The notes: generated by a model not told the origin, from the letters alone. A stretch of DNA of 64,000 bases from Gammaproteobacteria bacterium (GCA_021462865.1 JAJTYX010000059.1:552-64551), one strand, 5' to 3'. Counted from the stretch's first letter, positions 17,179 to 25,134 are shown. Numbers and translations are program-made.

Positions 17179-18939
17179 ATGCCGGCGCACACCGCGGACA
17201 TGACGACCCCGGGCGGCCTGCTGCTCGTGCTGGCAGTGCTCGTGCCGGTGCTCGGGCTGCTTGCAGGCCTCGTTGTCGGCGGCCGCCAGGCGCGCAGTGT
17301 CGTGCTCCTCACGATTGCCCTCGGTCTCGCGATTGCGCTCGCCGTCGCCCGCGAAGTCCTGTTCCGGGGTAAGCCGCTCGCCTACGTGCTCGGCGACTGG
17401 GTGCCGCCGCTCGGCATCATCCTGCAGGCCGACGGCCTGTCGGCCGCCATGATGCTGGCGGCCGCGGTGGTGGTCGCGGGCATTGCCGTCTATGCCGGCG
17501 GCAATTTCGGCACGGCGCGTGGCGAGCCCGAGTCACGCCGGTCGCTGTCGTTCTGGCTGCTGCTGCTTGCGGTCTGGGGCGGACTCAACCTGGTGTTCGT
17601 GACGCGCGACCTGTTCACCGGCTACGTGGCGCTCGAGATGCTGACCTTCGCGGCCGTGCCTCTCGTCTGCCTCGACGGGAGCGGCGAGACGATCCGCGCG
17701 GCACTGCGCTACCTGCTGTTCGCGTTGCTCGGTTCGATGCTCTACCTGCTCGGCGTGTTCCTGCTGTATGGAACCTACGGCACGGTGGACATGGCGCTGC
17801 TTGCCGCGCGCGCCGGCCCGGACGTCACGACCCTGGCCGCGATCGCGCTGCTGACGCTGGGGCTGCTCGCCAAGACCGCGCTCTTTCCCCTGCACCTGTG
17901 GCTGCCGCCGGCGCACTCCGGCGCGCCGCCCGCCGCGAGCGCCATCCTGTCGGGGCTCGTGGTCAAGGGTTCGTGGTTCCTGGTCGTGCGCGTGTGGCTC
18001 GATGTGTTCCCCGACGTGGTGTCGGTTTCAGCGGCGCAGCTCATGGCGGCCTGCGGCGCGGCGGCGATCTTCGCGGGCAACGTGGTTGCGCTCCGACAGC
18101 AGCGACTGAAGCTTCTGGTCGCTTATTCGACCGTGGCGCAGATCGGCTACCTGTTCGTCATGTTTCCGCTGGCGGCCGGTCTCACGGAACTCGGTCTCGA
18201 TTCGTCCCCGGCGCGCAGCGCGGGGCTCCTGCAGGCGATGTCACACGCGCTGGCCAAGGCCGCGATGTTCATGGCGGCCGGGCTCATCTACAAGACTGTC
18301 GGCCACGACCGCATCGCGGAACTCGCCGGCAGCGCGCGCGCCATGCCGGTGACGCTGCTGACCTTTGCGCTCGCCGGCATCGCGCTGATGGGATTGCCGC
18401 CGAGCGGGGCCTACGTTGCGAAAAAGCTGTTCTTCGATGCTACGGCGGCTTCCGGGCAGGAGTGGCTGGAGTTCGTGTTGAATGCCGGCGCCTTCCTGAC
18501 GGCGAGCTACACGGTGCTCGTGCTCGCCCACGCGCTGCGCCCGGCGGCGGGGCAGCTGTCGCTGAAGGTGCCGCCGTCGCGGGCCGGCGAGCTCTCGGCA
18601 CTCGCGCTCGCGCTCGCCTCGCTGCTGCTCGGTATCGTGGCTACCGGCATGATTCCCCACGCCTCATTGTCCGGAGCGTTCACGCTGGCCGGTCTCGCAG
18701 CGGCGCTGGTCGTGCTTGCGGTCGGCGTGGTGATCGCCGCGGCGCTCGGGCGGCAGCTCCCGCCGCTCGCCGGCGGCCGTGCGCTGACGGCGGCGCTCGG
18801 TCCGCTGCGGCGCATGACGGTGGCTGCGGGCGTGCTGGTCGTGCGCGTGGATGGTGGCCTCCGGCACTGGCCGGTGGCGAGCATCATGCTGCTCGTGCTG
18901 GCTCTCGGGTTTGCCGCGGCCATCGCGAACGGTCACTGA
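17179..18939 (+). CDS. mrpD: Proton-conducting antiporter-like subunit (MrpD/NuoN/MbhH family) with about 100-130 aa of extra C-terminal TM region
   Basis: 586 aa. Proton_antipo_M-type core (WLLLLAVWGGLNLVFVTRDLFTGYVALEMLTFAAVPLV; LHLWLPPAHSGAPPAASAILSGLVVKGS). This is the only NuoL/M/N-like protein in the cluster. Confidence 0.85.
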   Translation: MPAHTADMTTPGGLLLVLAVLVPVLGLLAGLVVGGRQARSVVLLTIALGLAIALAVAREVLFRGKPLAYVLGDWVPPLGIILQADGLSAAMMLAAAVVVAGIAVYAGGNFGTARGEPESRRSLSFWLLLLAVWGGLNLVFVTRDLFTGYVALEMLTFAAVPLVCLDGSGETIRAALRYLLFALLGSMLYLLGVFLLYGTYGTVDMALLAARAGPDVTTLAAIALLTLGLLAKTALFPLHLWLPPAHSGAPPAASAILSGLVVKGSWFLVVRVWLDVFPDVVSVSAAQLMAACGAAAIFAGNVVALRQQRLKLLVAYSTVAQIGYLFVMFPLAAGLTELGLDSSPARSAGLLQAMSHALAKAAMFMAAGLIYKTVGHDRIAELAGSARAMPVTLLTFALAGIALMGLPPSGAYVAKKLFFDATAASGQEWLEFVLNAGAFLTASYTVLVLAHALRPAAGQLSLKVPPSRAGELSALALALASLLLGIVATGMIPHASLSGAFTLAGLAAALVVLAVGVVIAAALGRQLPPLAGGRALTAALGPLRRMTVAAGVLVVRVDGGLRHWPVASIMLLVLALGFAAAIANGH

Positions 18940-19068
18940 AGCGACCGGCAACGCCGGTGGTTGGCCACGACCGAGCCGATCTTCGCGAAGACCAGCCGCT
19001 GTGAACGCTCAGGCGCTGCTTCGATCGGCGGGCAGGCAGCGCTTCACTGCTAAACGGGCCGGCAGCTG

Positions 19069-19341
19069 TCAGCGATAGAACTCGAGATAAAAGCGGACCT
19101 TTCCGATTGGCTTGACCAGGTGGCTTACGCGCGGCTCGACGACACCGATGCGGTCAGGCTCGAGGAGGATCTCTTCGCGTGGTTCCCGGATGACGTACAG
19201 GAGCCGGCCCTCGAGCACGATGATTTTCACCCATACGCCCTGTTTGGTCGTATGGCTGCCAAGCCACATGTCCGGCACGCTGTCTTCGTCGTATTCGGGG
19301 GTGCGCCCGTAGGCGGTGACATTATCCGGCATGGACTTCAT
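19069..19341 (-). CDS. DUF1971 domain protein (TehB C-terminal-like small beta-barrel)
   Basis: 90-aa ORF. Pattern TPEYDEDSVPDMWLGSHTTKQGVWVKIIVLEGRL resembles DUF1971 proteins. Call is from memory. Confidence 0.6.
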   Translation of the reverse strand: MKSMPDNVTAYGRTPEYDEDSVPDMWLGSHTTKQGVWVKIIVLEGRLLYVIREPREEILLEPDRIGVVEPRVSHLVKPIGKVRFYLEFYR

Positions 19342-19386
19342 GGGAGATCGCCTCGCACAGCAGAACGGTCCTCGTCGTATAACAAC

Positions 19387-19401
19387 GATACAATCTGTAT
19401 C
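19387..19401. promoter_or_regulatory. Perfect 6-3-6 palindrome GATACA-ATC-TGTATC upstream of the DUF1971 gene (candidate operator)
   Basis: Read directly. Lies 46-60 nt upstream of the minus-strand ATG at 19341, in the only AT-rich patch of this intergenic region. Confidence 0.25.
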
Positions 19402-19749
19402 TTAAACGGATCCGCCCACAGGATCCCGTATTCCGCGCTTGCTGCTGACCGGAGATTACCCGTACGGGCACGCGATTTTCCGAAACTGCAGCACACGGTG
19501 TCCCGGCGGTACCGGAGTTCGAGCAAGGTTCTGCGCCGGCTGCAGGGATGCTGCCGGATCGCGGCGTTGCTTTCACGCGGGGCGTTGCTGGCGGGGACGC
19601 TGCTGCGGGACGCACGGCGCAGGCGCGGGCTTCAGGTCCGGGCGGCCTGCGCCGGGACGCTCGCTCCGTACATCCACGTACTCGCTCGCTCGGGTTCGGC
19701 TGCGGCTGCGCTCACCGTAATGCCCGGTGACGTATCGCACGCGTCGTCT

Positions 19750-19952
19750 GACCGGTGCCGGGTCGGGACTGAAGTCCCACCTACACGGCTTCGTTCATCG
19801 CCATGGGCGGCAGCGCCCTGTAGGAGGCACTTCAGTGCCGACCGTGTTTTCGGACGTCGCGGTGGTCGGGAATGCCAGGAGGGCAGCAGCCGGCGTAACC
19901 CGTAGCGACGAGCACAGGGACGTGCGAGGAGCGGCGCTCGGTGGACACCGGG
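19750..19952. repeat. REPIN-like repeat block L: two inverted REP units plus an about 110-nt conserved flank
   Basis: REP units GTCGGGACTGAAGTCCCACCTACA (19762-19785) and CTGTAGGAGGCACTTCAGTGCCGAC (19818-19842) are inverted, separated by a 32-nt spacer. The whole block recurs in reverse complement at 25358-25812. Confidence 0.85.
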
Positions 19953-20202
19953 CCGCTCGCACCTGCCGGAAAAAGGTGCGGGCAGATCCGCCGGCAGCGT
20001 CCGCGCGGGATCGATGCCGCGACTCCGCAAAACCTCCGCCGATCGGCCCAGCCACATTGATAATTGCCAGCCGCCTTGCGGCCGGGAAACCGTAGAATCA
20101 CCGCCGTCGGCCAGATGGTTCCAGCGTCCCGCGGGCGACCATGCCGACAGACGAGTTTCGGCTGAAGAATGGCGGTCCGGACGCCGGTGTCAGGAGAGTG
20201 AA

Positions 20203-23163
20203 ATGAATCTGACGGTTCTACTGTGGGGCATACCCCAGGCGATGCGGGTGGCGGCACGGGTGTACCCCGAGTACGCGGCCCGCCTGAAGGAGCGCAACGT
20301 CATCGCGCAGTTCCGGCTGCGCGACGAGCCGACCGGCCGGTGGATCCGGATCGAGAACGGCAGGATCAGCACCAGGGCAGGCATTCACCCGAAGCCGGAC
20401 CTGGACATCCACTTCAAGAACAGGGCGATTGCGGAGAACTTCCTGACGCCACCCTTCAACCTGCTGGAGCGGGTGGACGCCGCCAAGAACTTCAAAATCG
20501 GCCTCGACGGTCCGGACGACCTGGCCGTCTGGTTCATGGCCACGCTGGCACGCCTGGAGTCGGTGACCTGGAAGGCCGGCACCGACATGGGCAACGGCGT
20601 CACCCGCTACACCAACGGCACCAACAGCGGGTCGATCTTCGTCTACGTCAAGGACGGCAGGATCATCCGCACCACGCCGATCGACTTCGACGATGAGGAT
20701 GCGCCGTCCTGGTCCATCAAGGCACGCGGCAAGACATTCACCCCGTCGCGCCGCACGACGCTCGCGGCGCATGGCGCCTGCCTGAAGTCGATGGTGTATT
20801 CGAAGAACCGCATCCTCCACCCGATGAAGCGAGTCGATTTCGATCCCAACGGCAATCGCAACATCGCCAACCGGGGCAAGTCTGAGTTCGTGCGCATCAG
20901 CTGGGACGAAGCGCTCGACATCGTGTGTGCGGAGATCAAGCGCGCCAAGGCCAAGGGACCGGGTGCCATCTGCGTGGCCAACGGTTCCCACCACCAGTGG
21001 GGCAACCTCGGCCATTACCTCTCCGCCTTCAACCGCTTCTGGAACCTGATCGGCGTCACCAAGCTGATTCACAACCCCGATAGCTGGGAAGGCTGGTTCT
21101 GGGGCGCCATGCACCACTGGGGCAACAGCCTGCGCCTCGGCTGCCCGGAGTTCTACGGCACTGTCGAGGATTGCCTGAAGGAAGCCGAGTTGATGGTGTT
21201 CTGGTCGAGCGACCCGGACGCGACCTACGGCTTCGACGGGACGCAGCGACGCGAATGGGCCAGGGAACTCGGGATCGAGATGGTCCACATCGATCCGTAC
21301 ATGAACCACACCGCAGCGCATCTTGGCGGCAAATGGATCTCGCCGAAGCCGGGCACGGACGCCGCGCTCGCCCAGGCACTCTGCCACGTGTGGATTACCG
21401 AGGGACTCTACGACAAGGCATTCGTCGAGAAGCGCACGACCGGCTTCGCGGAATGGAAGGCGTACATCCTCGGCGAGACGGATGGAACGGCGAAGACGCC
21501 GGAATGGCAGGAGCAGGAAACCGGGATCCCGGCCCGCGAGGTGCGGGCGCTCGCCCGCAAGTGGGGCACGAAGAAGACCTACCTCGGTGTCGGCGGCTGG
21601 GGCGTAGGCGTCGGCGGGGCCGGCCGCGGTCCGATGGGTCTGCAGTGGGCCCGCATGATGACCATCCTCGGGGCCATGCAGGGCTATGGGCGACCGGGCG
21701 TCAACTTCGGCAATCTGCAGTACGGTACGCCGCTCGATTACAACTTCTATTTCCCGGGCTACGCGGAGGGCAGTTTCTCCGGTGACCTGCAGTACAGCGC
21801 CAATGCGGCCAACAACTACCAGCGCATGCCGCACATCGTGACCATGAGCTCGGTCAGGCAGGGCATCCCCCGGATGTGGTTTCCCGAGGCGATCACCGAG
21901 GGCAAGGCCATGGGCTACCTCACGGACGTCGCCTCGGTGCAGGGCCAGTTCTTCCCCGTGCACTATCCGTCGCCCGGCCATGCGCGCGTCGAAATGCTCT
22001 ACAAGTACGGCAGCGCGTCGTTCGGCACGATGGTCAACTCCAACCGCTGGGTACGGATGTACCAGCACGAGAACCTCCAGTTCGTCGTCAACCAGTCCGT
22101 GTGGTGGGAGGGCGAGACGCCCTATGCCGACGTCATCCTGCCTGCCTGCACGGTGTTCGAACGCTGGGACATCGGCGAGTGGTACAACGTCGGCGCCGGC
22201 TACGTGCACCACATGTACTCCATGAACAATCACCGCGTGATAGCGATGCAGCACAAGTGCATCGAGCCGCTGGGGGAGTCGAAGTCCGATTACGACATCT
22301 TCACCGCGGTCTGCGAACGCCTGGGAATGGGCGCGGTGTACTCGGAGGGCGGCACCACGGAGCTCGACTGGTGCAAGCGCGTGTTCGATTCCTCCGACAT
22401 GGCGAAGCACATTTCCTGGCGCCAGTTCCTGAAGAAGGGCTACTACGTGGTGCCCGCGGACCCGGAGCCGGCGCGTGCGCCCGTCGCGCACCGCTGGTAT
22501 TACGAGGGCCGGAAGAAGGACGTGCCGGAGCCTTATCCGCTGCCGTCGGATTACGTGGCCGGGTTCGGCGAGGGGTTGCAGACGCCATCGGGCAAGTTCG
22601 AGTTCATCGCCCAGACGCTCAAGCGCATCGACGACCCGGACCGGCCGCCGCTGAACACCTACATGCCGGTCTACGAGGACCCGAAGCGCGACCAGGAGCT
22701 GGCAGCGTTCCCGCTGCAGTTGCTGTCTCCGCATTCGCGCTACCCCTTCCATGTCATGGGGGACGACGAGGGCAGTTGCCTGCGTGACATTCGCGAGCAT
22801 CGCGTCTTCAAGGATGGCCATTACTATCTCGTGGCGCGCATCAACCGGCAGGATGCCGAGGCTCGCGGGATAAAGGACGACGACCTGATCCGGCTCTGGA
22901 ATCACCGTGGCTCGGTGGTCTGTGCGGCGCAGGTGACCGATCGCCTGCGTCCCGGGGTCGTGAGCGCCTCGACCGGGTCGGCCGAATACCGGCCGGTGGG
23001 CGAGGCGGGCCGGTCCACCGATCTCGGCGGCTGCGTGAACATGCTCAATCCCAGCAAGTCCATCACGAAGAAATCCCACGGCATCCGGCCCAACACGACC
23101 CTGATCCAGATCGAGAAGTGGACCGGCGTGGACACCTGGAAGCCCGGCGTGGAGGCAGCGTGA
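20203..23163 (+). CDS. DMSO-reductase-family molybdopterin oxidoreductase, pyrogallol hydroxytransferase large-subunit (AthL)-like, with an about 135-aa N-terminal SCP2-like extension
   Basis: ORF 20014..23163. ATG at 20203 follows AGGAGAG (20192-20198). Core begins SIFVYVKDGRIIRTTPIDFDDEDAPSWSIKARGKTFTP, as remembered for AthL-type enzymes. No twin-arginine signal and no N-terminal Cys cluster. The extension (aa about 30-115) matches the SCP2 pattern by eye. Confidence 0.75.
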   Translation: MNLTVLLWGIPQAMRVAARVYPEYAARLKERNVIAQFRLRDEPTGRWIRIENGRISTRAGIHPKPDLDIHFKNRAIAENFLTPPFNLLERVDAAKNFKIGLDGPDDLAVWFMATLARLESVTWKAGTDMGNGVTRYTNGTNSGSIFVYVKDGRIIRTTPIDFDDEDAPSWSIKARGKTFTPSRRTTLAAHGACLKSMVYSKNRILHPMKRVDFDPNGNRNIANRGKSEFVRISWDEALDIVCAEIKRAKAKGPGAICVANGSHHQWGNLGHYLSAFNRFWNLIGVTKLIHNPDSWEGWFWGAMHHWGNSLRLGCPEFYGTVEDCLKEAELMVFWSSDPDATYGFDGTQRREWARELGIEMVHIDPYMNHTAAHLGGKWISPKPGTDAALAQALCHVWITEGLYDKAFVEKRTTGFAEWKAYILGETDGTAKTPEWQEQETGIPAREVRALARKWGTKKTYLGVGGWGVGVGGAGRGPMGLQWARMMTILGAMQGYGRPGVNFGNLQYGTPLDYNFYFPGYAEGSFSGDLQYSANAANNYQRMPHIVTMSSVRQGIPRMWFPEAITEGKAMGYLTDVASVQGQFFPVHYPSPGHARVEMLYKYGSASFGTMVNSNRWVRMYQHENLQFVVNQSVWWEGETPYADVILPACTVFERWDIGEWYNVGAGYVHHMYSMNNHRVIAMQHKCIEPLGESKSDYDIFTAVCERLGMGAVYSEGGTTELDWCKRVFDSSDMAKHISWRQFLKKGYYVVPADPEPARAPVAHRWYYEGRKKDVPEPYPLPSDYVAGFGEGLQTPSGKFEFIAQTLKRIDDPDRPPLNTYMPVYEDPKRDQELAAFPLQLLSPHSRYPFHVMGDDEGSCLRDIREHRVFKDGHYYLVARINRQDAEARGIKDDDLIRLWNHRGSVVCAAQVTDRLRPGVVSASTGSAEYRPVGEAGRSTDLGGCVNMLNPSKSITKKSHGIRPNTTLIQIEKWTGVDTWKPGVEAA

Positions 23164-24017
23164 TGGCACAGAAGTGGAACATGATCGTGGACGTGGCGCG
23201 CTGCGATAACTGCCGTGGCTGTTTCGTGGCGGTCAAGGACGAGCACATCGGCAACGATTTTCCGGGCTACGCGGCGGCACAGCCTGCGCAGGGGCACAAC
23301 TGGCTCGACATCCGCAGGAAGGAGCGCGGCAGTTACCCCATTGTCGAAGCGCACTTCATGCCGGTGATGTGCAATCACTGCGACGATGCGCCGTGCATCA
23401 AGGCGGCGCGCAACGGCGCCGTGACCAAGCGGCCGGACGGCATCGTCATCATCGACCCCGAAAAGTCGAAGGGGCAGAAGCAGATCGTGGATGCCTGCCC
23501 CTACGGCGCGATTTCCTGGAACGAGGAGAAGCAGATCCCGCAGGCGTGGATCTTCGATGCGCACCTGCTGGACCAGGGCTGGACGAAGACCCGCGCCGAG
23601 CAGAGCTGTCCGACCGGCGTGTTCCGCTCGGTCAAGGTCGAGGACGCGGAGATGCAGCGGCTGCAGGCCGAGGAGGGCCTTGAGGTGCTACAGCCGGAAC
23701 TCGGCACGAAGCCGCGTGTGTACTACAAGAACCTGCACCTGATGAATAAGTGCTTCGTGGGCGGTTCGGTGGTGGCTGAGGTACGCGGCGTGGAAGAATG
23801 TGCGGCCGGGGCCGAGGTCGTGCTCAGGAAAGACGGCCGCGAAGTCGGGCGTGCAACCACCGACACCTTCGGCGAGTGGAAGATCGCCCGGCTCGAGCCG
23901 GGCAGCGGCCGCTATGAGCTCGAGGCGACCGGTCCGGCCGGCCGCCTCGCGCTGCAGTTCGAGCTCGGCGCCGGGAGCCGCAATCTCGGCGTGATGAAGC
24001 TCCAGGGCAAGGCGTAG
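23163..24017 (+). CDS. 4Fe-4S ferredoxin-type beta subunit (BthL/DmsB-like) with a C-terminal beta-sandwich (carboxypeptidase-regulatory-like) domain
   Basis: The ATG at 23163 shares its A with the final base of the alpha-subunit stop (TGA 23161-23163). Cys groups CDNCRGC, CNHCDDAPC, DACPYG and SCPTG give only 8 ferredoxin-domain Cys. The C-terminal about 90 aa are beta-rich (GGSVVAEVRG...GRYELEATG). Confidence 0.8.
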   Translation: MAQKWNMIVDVARCDNCRGCFVAVKDEHIGNDFPGYAAAQPAQGHNWLDIRRKERGSYPIVEAHFMPVMCNHCDDAPCIKAARNGAVTKRPDGIVIIDPEKSKGQKQIVDACPYGAISWNEEKQIPQAWIFDAHLLDQGWTKTRAEQSCPTGVFRSVKVEDAEMQRLQAEEGLEVLQPELGTKPRVYYKNLHLMNKCFVGGSVVAEVRGVEECAAGAEVVLRKDGREVGRATTDTFGEWKIARLEPGSGRYELEATGPAGRLALQFELGAGSRNLGVMKLQGKA

Positions 24018-24039
24018 CGGCCGCCGCTCACAGCGGCGC

Positions 24040-25134
24040 TCAATTGCTGCGCCGGAACAGCCGGCTGAAGACGGAGTCCTGGAAGCTCCACCCGTTCCGG
24101 CTCTGGTTCTGCCGGGGCGCCGCCTCCCTGGGTTTCGTGGCCGTTGGTGTCTCGCTCTGCGCAGGGGTAGCGGCCGGCGGCCGCTGGGTTGCTGGCGCGG
24201 AACTGGGGCCCGTTGCCGCTGCGGCCGGCGGGTTGTTCACGCCCGGCGCCACGACCTCTTTCGGTTTCGCCGGTGCCGTGCCAGTCGCTGTGGCCGTATT
24301 GGCGGATGGGCTGCTCTGGCTGGCGATTGCCGCCGTCAGGTAGGGCCTGGCCGCATCCAGCATCCGCGACGGGCTGTGGCCCACGCCCCGCACGATCACC
24401 TTGCGATGCACCGGCCGGCCAAAGTGGCGGGCGAGGTGGTCGTGGTACTTCGACCCCCGGTCAAGGCGATTGCCGCCCTGTCGATTGGCTTCGCAGCTCG
24501 TATCGAGGTACTTGTCCACCCTGGTGTCGAGGCTGCCGAGCATGTAGATCACGTTACGCTCCGGGAAGTCCGACGCCACGCCGGCGCTCATGTAGCTGTT
24601 CAGCTCCTCGAGGCCGTACTTGTACTCGTTGAAATCGGGGCACTCACCGGCGACCGGGCGGCTCGCGTCGAGGTACATGTAGGAACTGGGGTTGGCGACG
24701 ATGTAGGTCAGCCCCTGCATGCGCGTGCCGGCGGCGTAGCGGCTGACGAACTGCCCGCCTGCGCTGTGCCCGATGACCGCGACGCCATGGAACATTTCCA
24801 CCATCCGGTCGAGCACCTCGAAGGAGCTCGTGCGCTCGGCATCCTGCGACTTGTCGCCCTGTTTCCAGCCGGAGGACCAGTACAGCCCCGGCCCCGCTTC
24901 CTGGAACTCGGGCGCAATGACCAGCGTGTCGAGATCGTCGAGATAGCCGAGGTAGTCATCGGCGTTGCGGTTCGTGCCGTGAATTACGAACACTGCCGGG
25001 CCGAACTTGCCGTTCGAACAGTACGGCACGTAGGAACCGCCGACCACGAACCGCTGCGTGCAGTCCACCGCGGCCGTGGCCGCTCCGCTTGCCAGTCCGA
25101 GCAGGACCAGCCCGAGTACCATCCGAGCCCGCAT
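24040..25134 (-). CDS. Secreted alpha/beta hydrolase (esterase/depolymerase-like) with a Pro/Ala/Thr-rich C-terminal tail
   Basis: ORF 24040..25155. Start MRARMVLGLVLLGLASGAATAA (25134) gives a signal peptide. Nucleophile elbow GHSAGG. The C-terminal about 90 aa are low complexity (SSPSANTATATGTAPAKPKEVVAPGVNNPPAAAATGPSSAPATQRPPAATPAQSETPTATKP). Confidence 0.7.
   Translation of the reverse strand: MRARMVLGLVLLGLASGAATAAVDCTQRFVVGGSYVPYCSNGKFGPAVFVIHGTNRNADDYLGYLDDLDTLVIAPEFQEAGPGLYWSSGWKQGDKSQDAERTSSFEVLDRMVEMFHGVAVIGHSAGGQFVSRYAAGTRMQGLTYIVANPSSYMYLDASRPVAGECPDFNEYKYGLEELNSYMSAGVASDFPERNVIYMLGSLDTRVDKYLDTSCEANRQGGNRLDRGSKYHDHLARHFGRPVHRKVIVRGVGHSPSRMLDAARPYLTAAIASQSSPSANTATATGTAPAKPKEVVAPGVNNPPAAAATGPSSAPATQRPPAATPAQSETPTATKPREAAPRQNQSRNGWSFQDSVFSRLFRRSN

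Noticed and set aside
19950-20202. Possible Moco riboswitch in the molybdoenzyme leader
   Set aside because: I could not recognise the conserved Moco-motif core by eye; there is only a loose CCTCCG at 20032-20037. This is left as a check (cmscan RF01055), not a call.
20014-20202. Upstream in-frame extension of the molybdoenzyme ORF (start at 20014)
   Set aside because: The 63 extra residues are Arg/Pro/Ser-rich and overlap the leader. A strong RBS (AGGAGAG) precedes the ATG at 20203.
19120-20257. Several ORFs of 60-260 aa on both strands across the 19.3-20.2 kb gap (similar ones occur at 25.25-26.1 kb)
   Set aside because: They run through REP/REPIN repeats. Similar peptide fragments recur only because the DNA repeat recurs. 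There is no RBS, domain or consistent GC3 bias.
20218-23169. A 983-aa minus-strand ORF antisense to the molybdoenzyme gene
   Set aside because: Same artefact. The plus-strand frame carries the conserved molybdopterin oxidoreductase sequence, and the antisense product is low-complexity Arg/Pro/Gly/His-rich.
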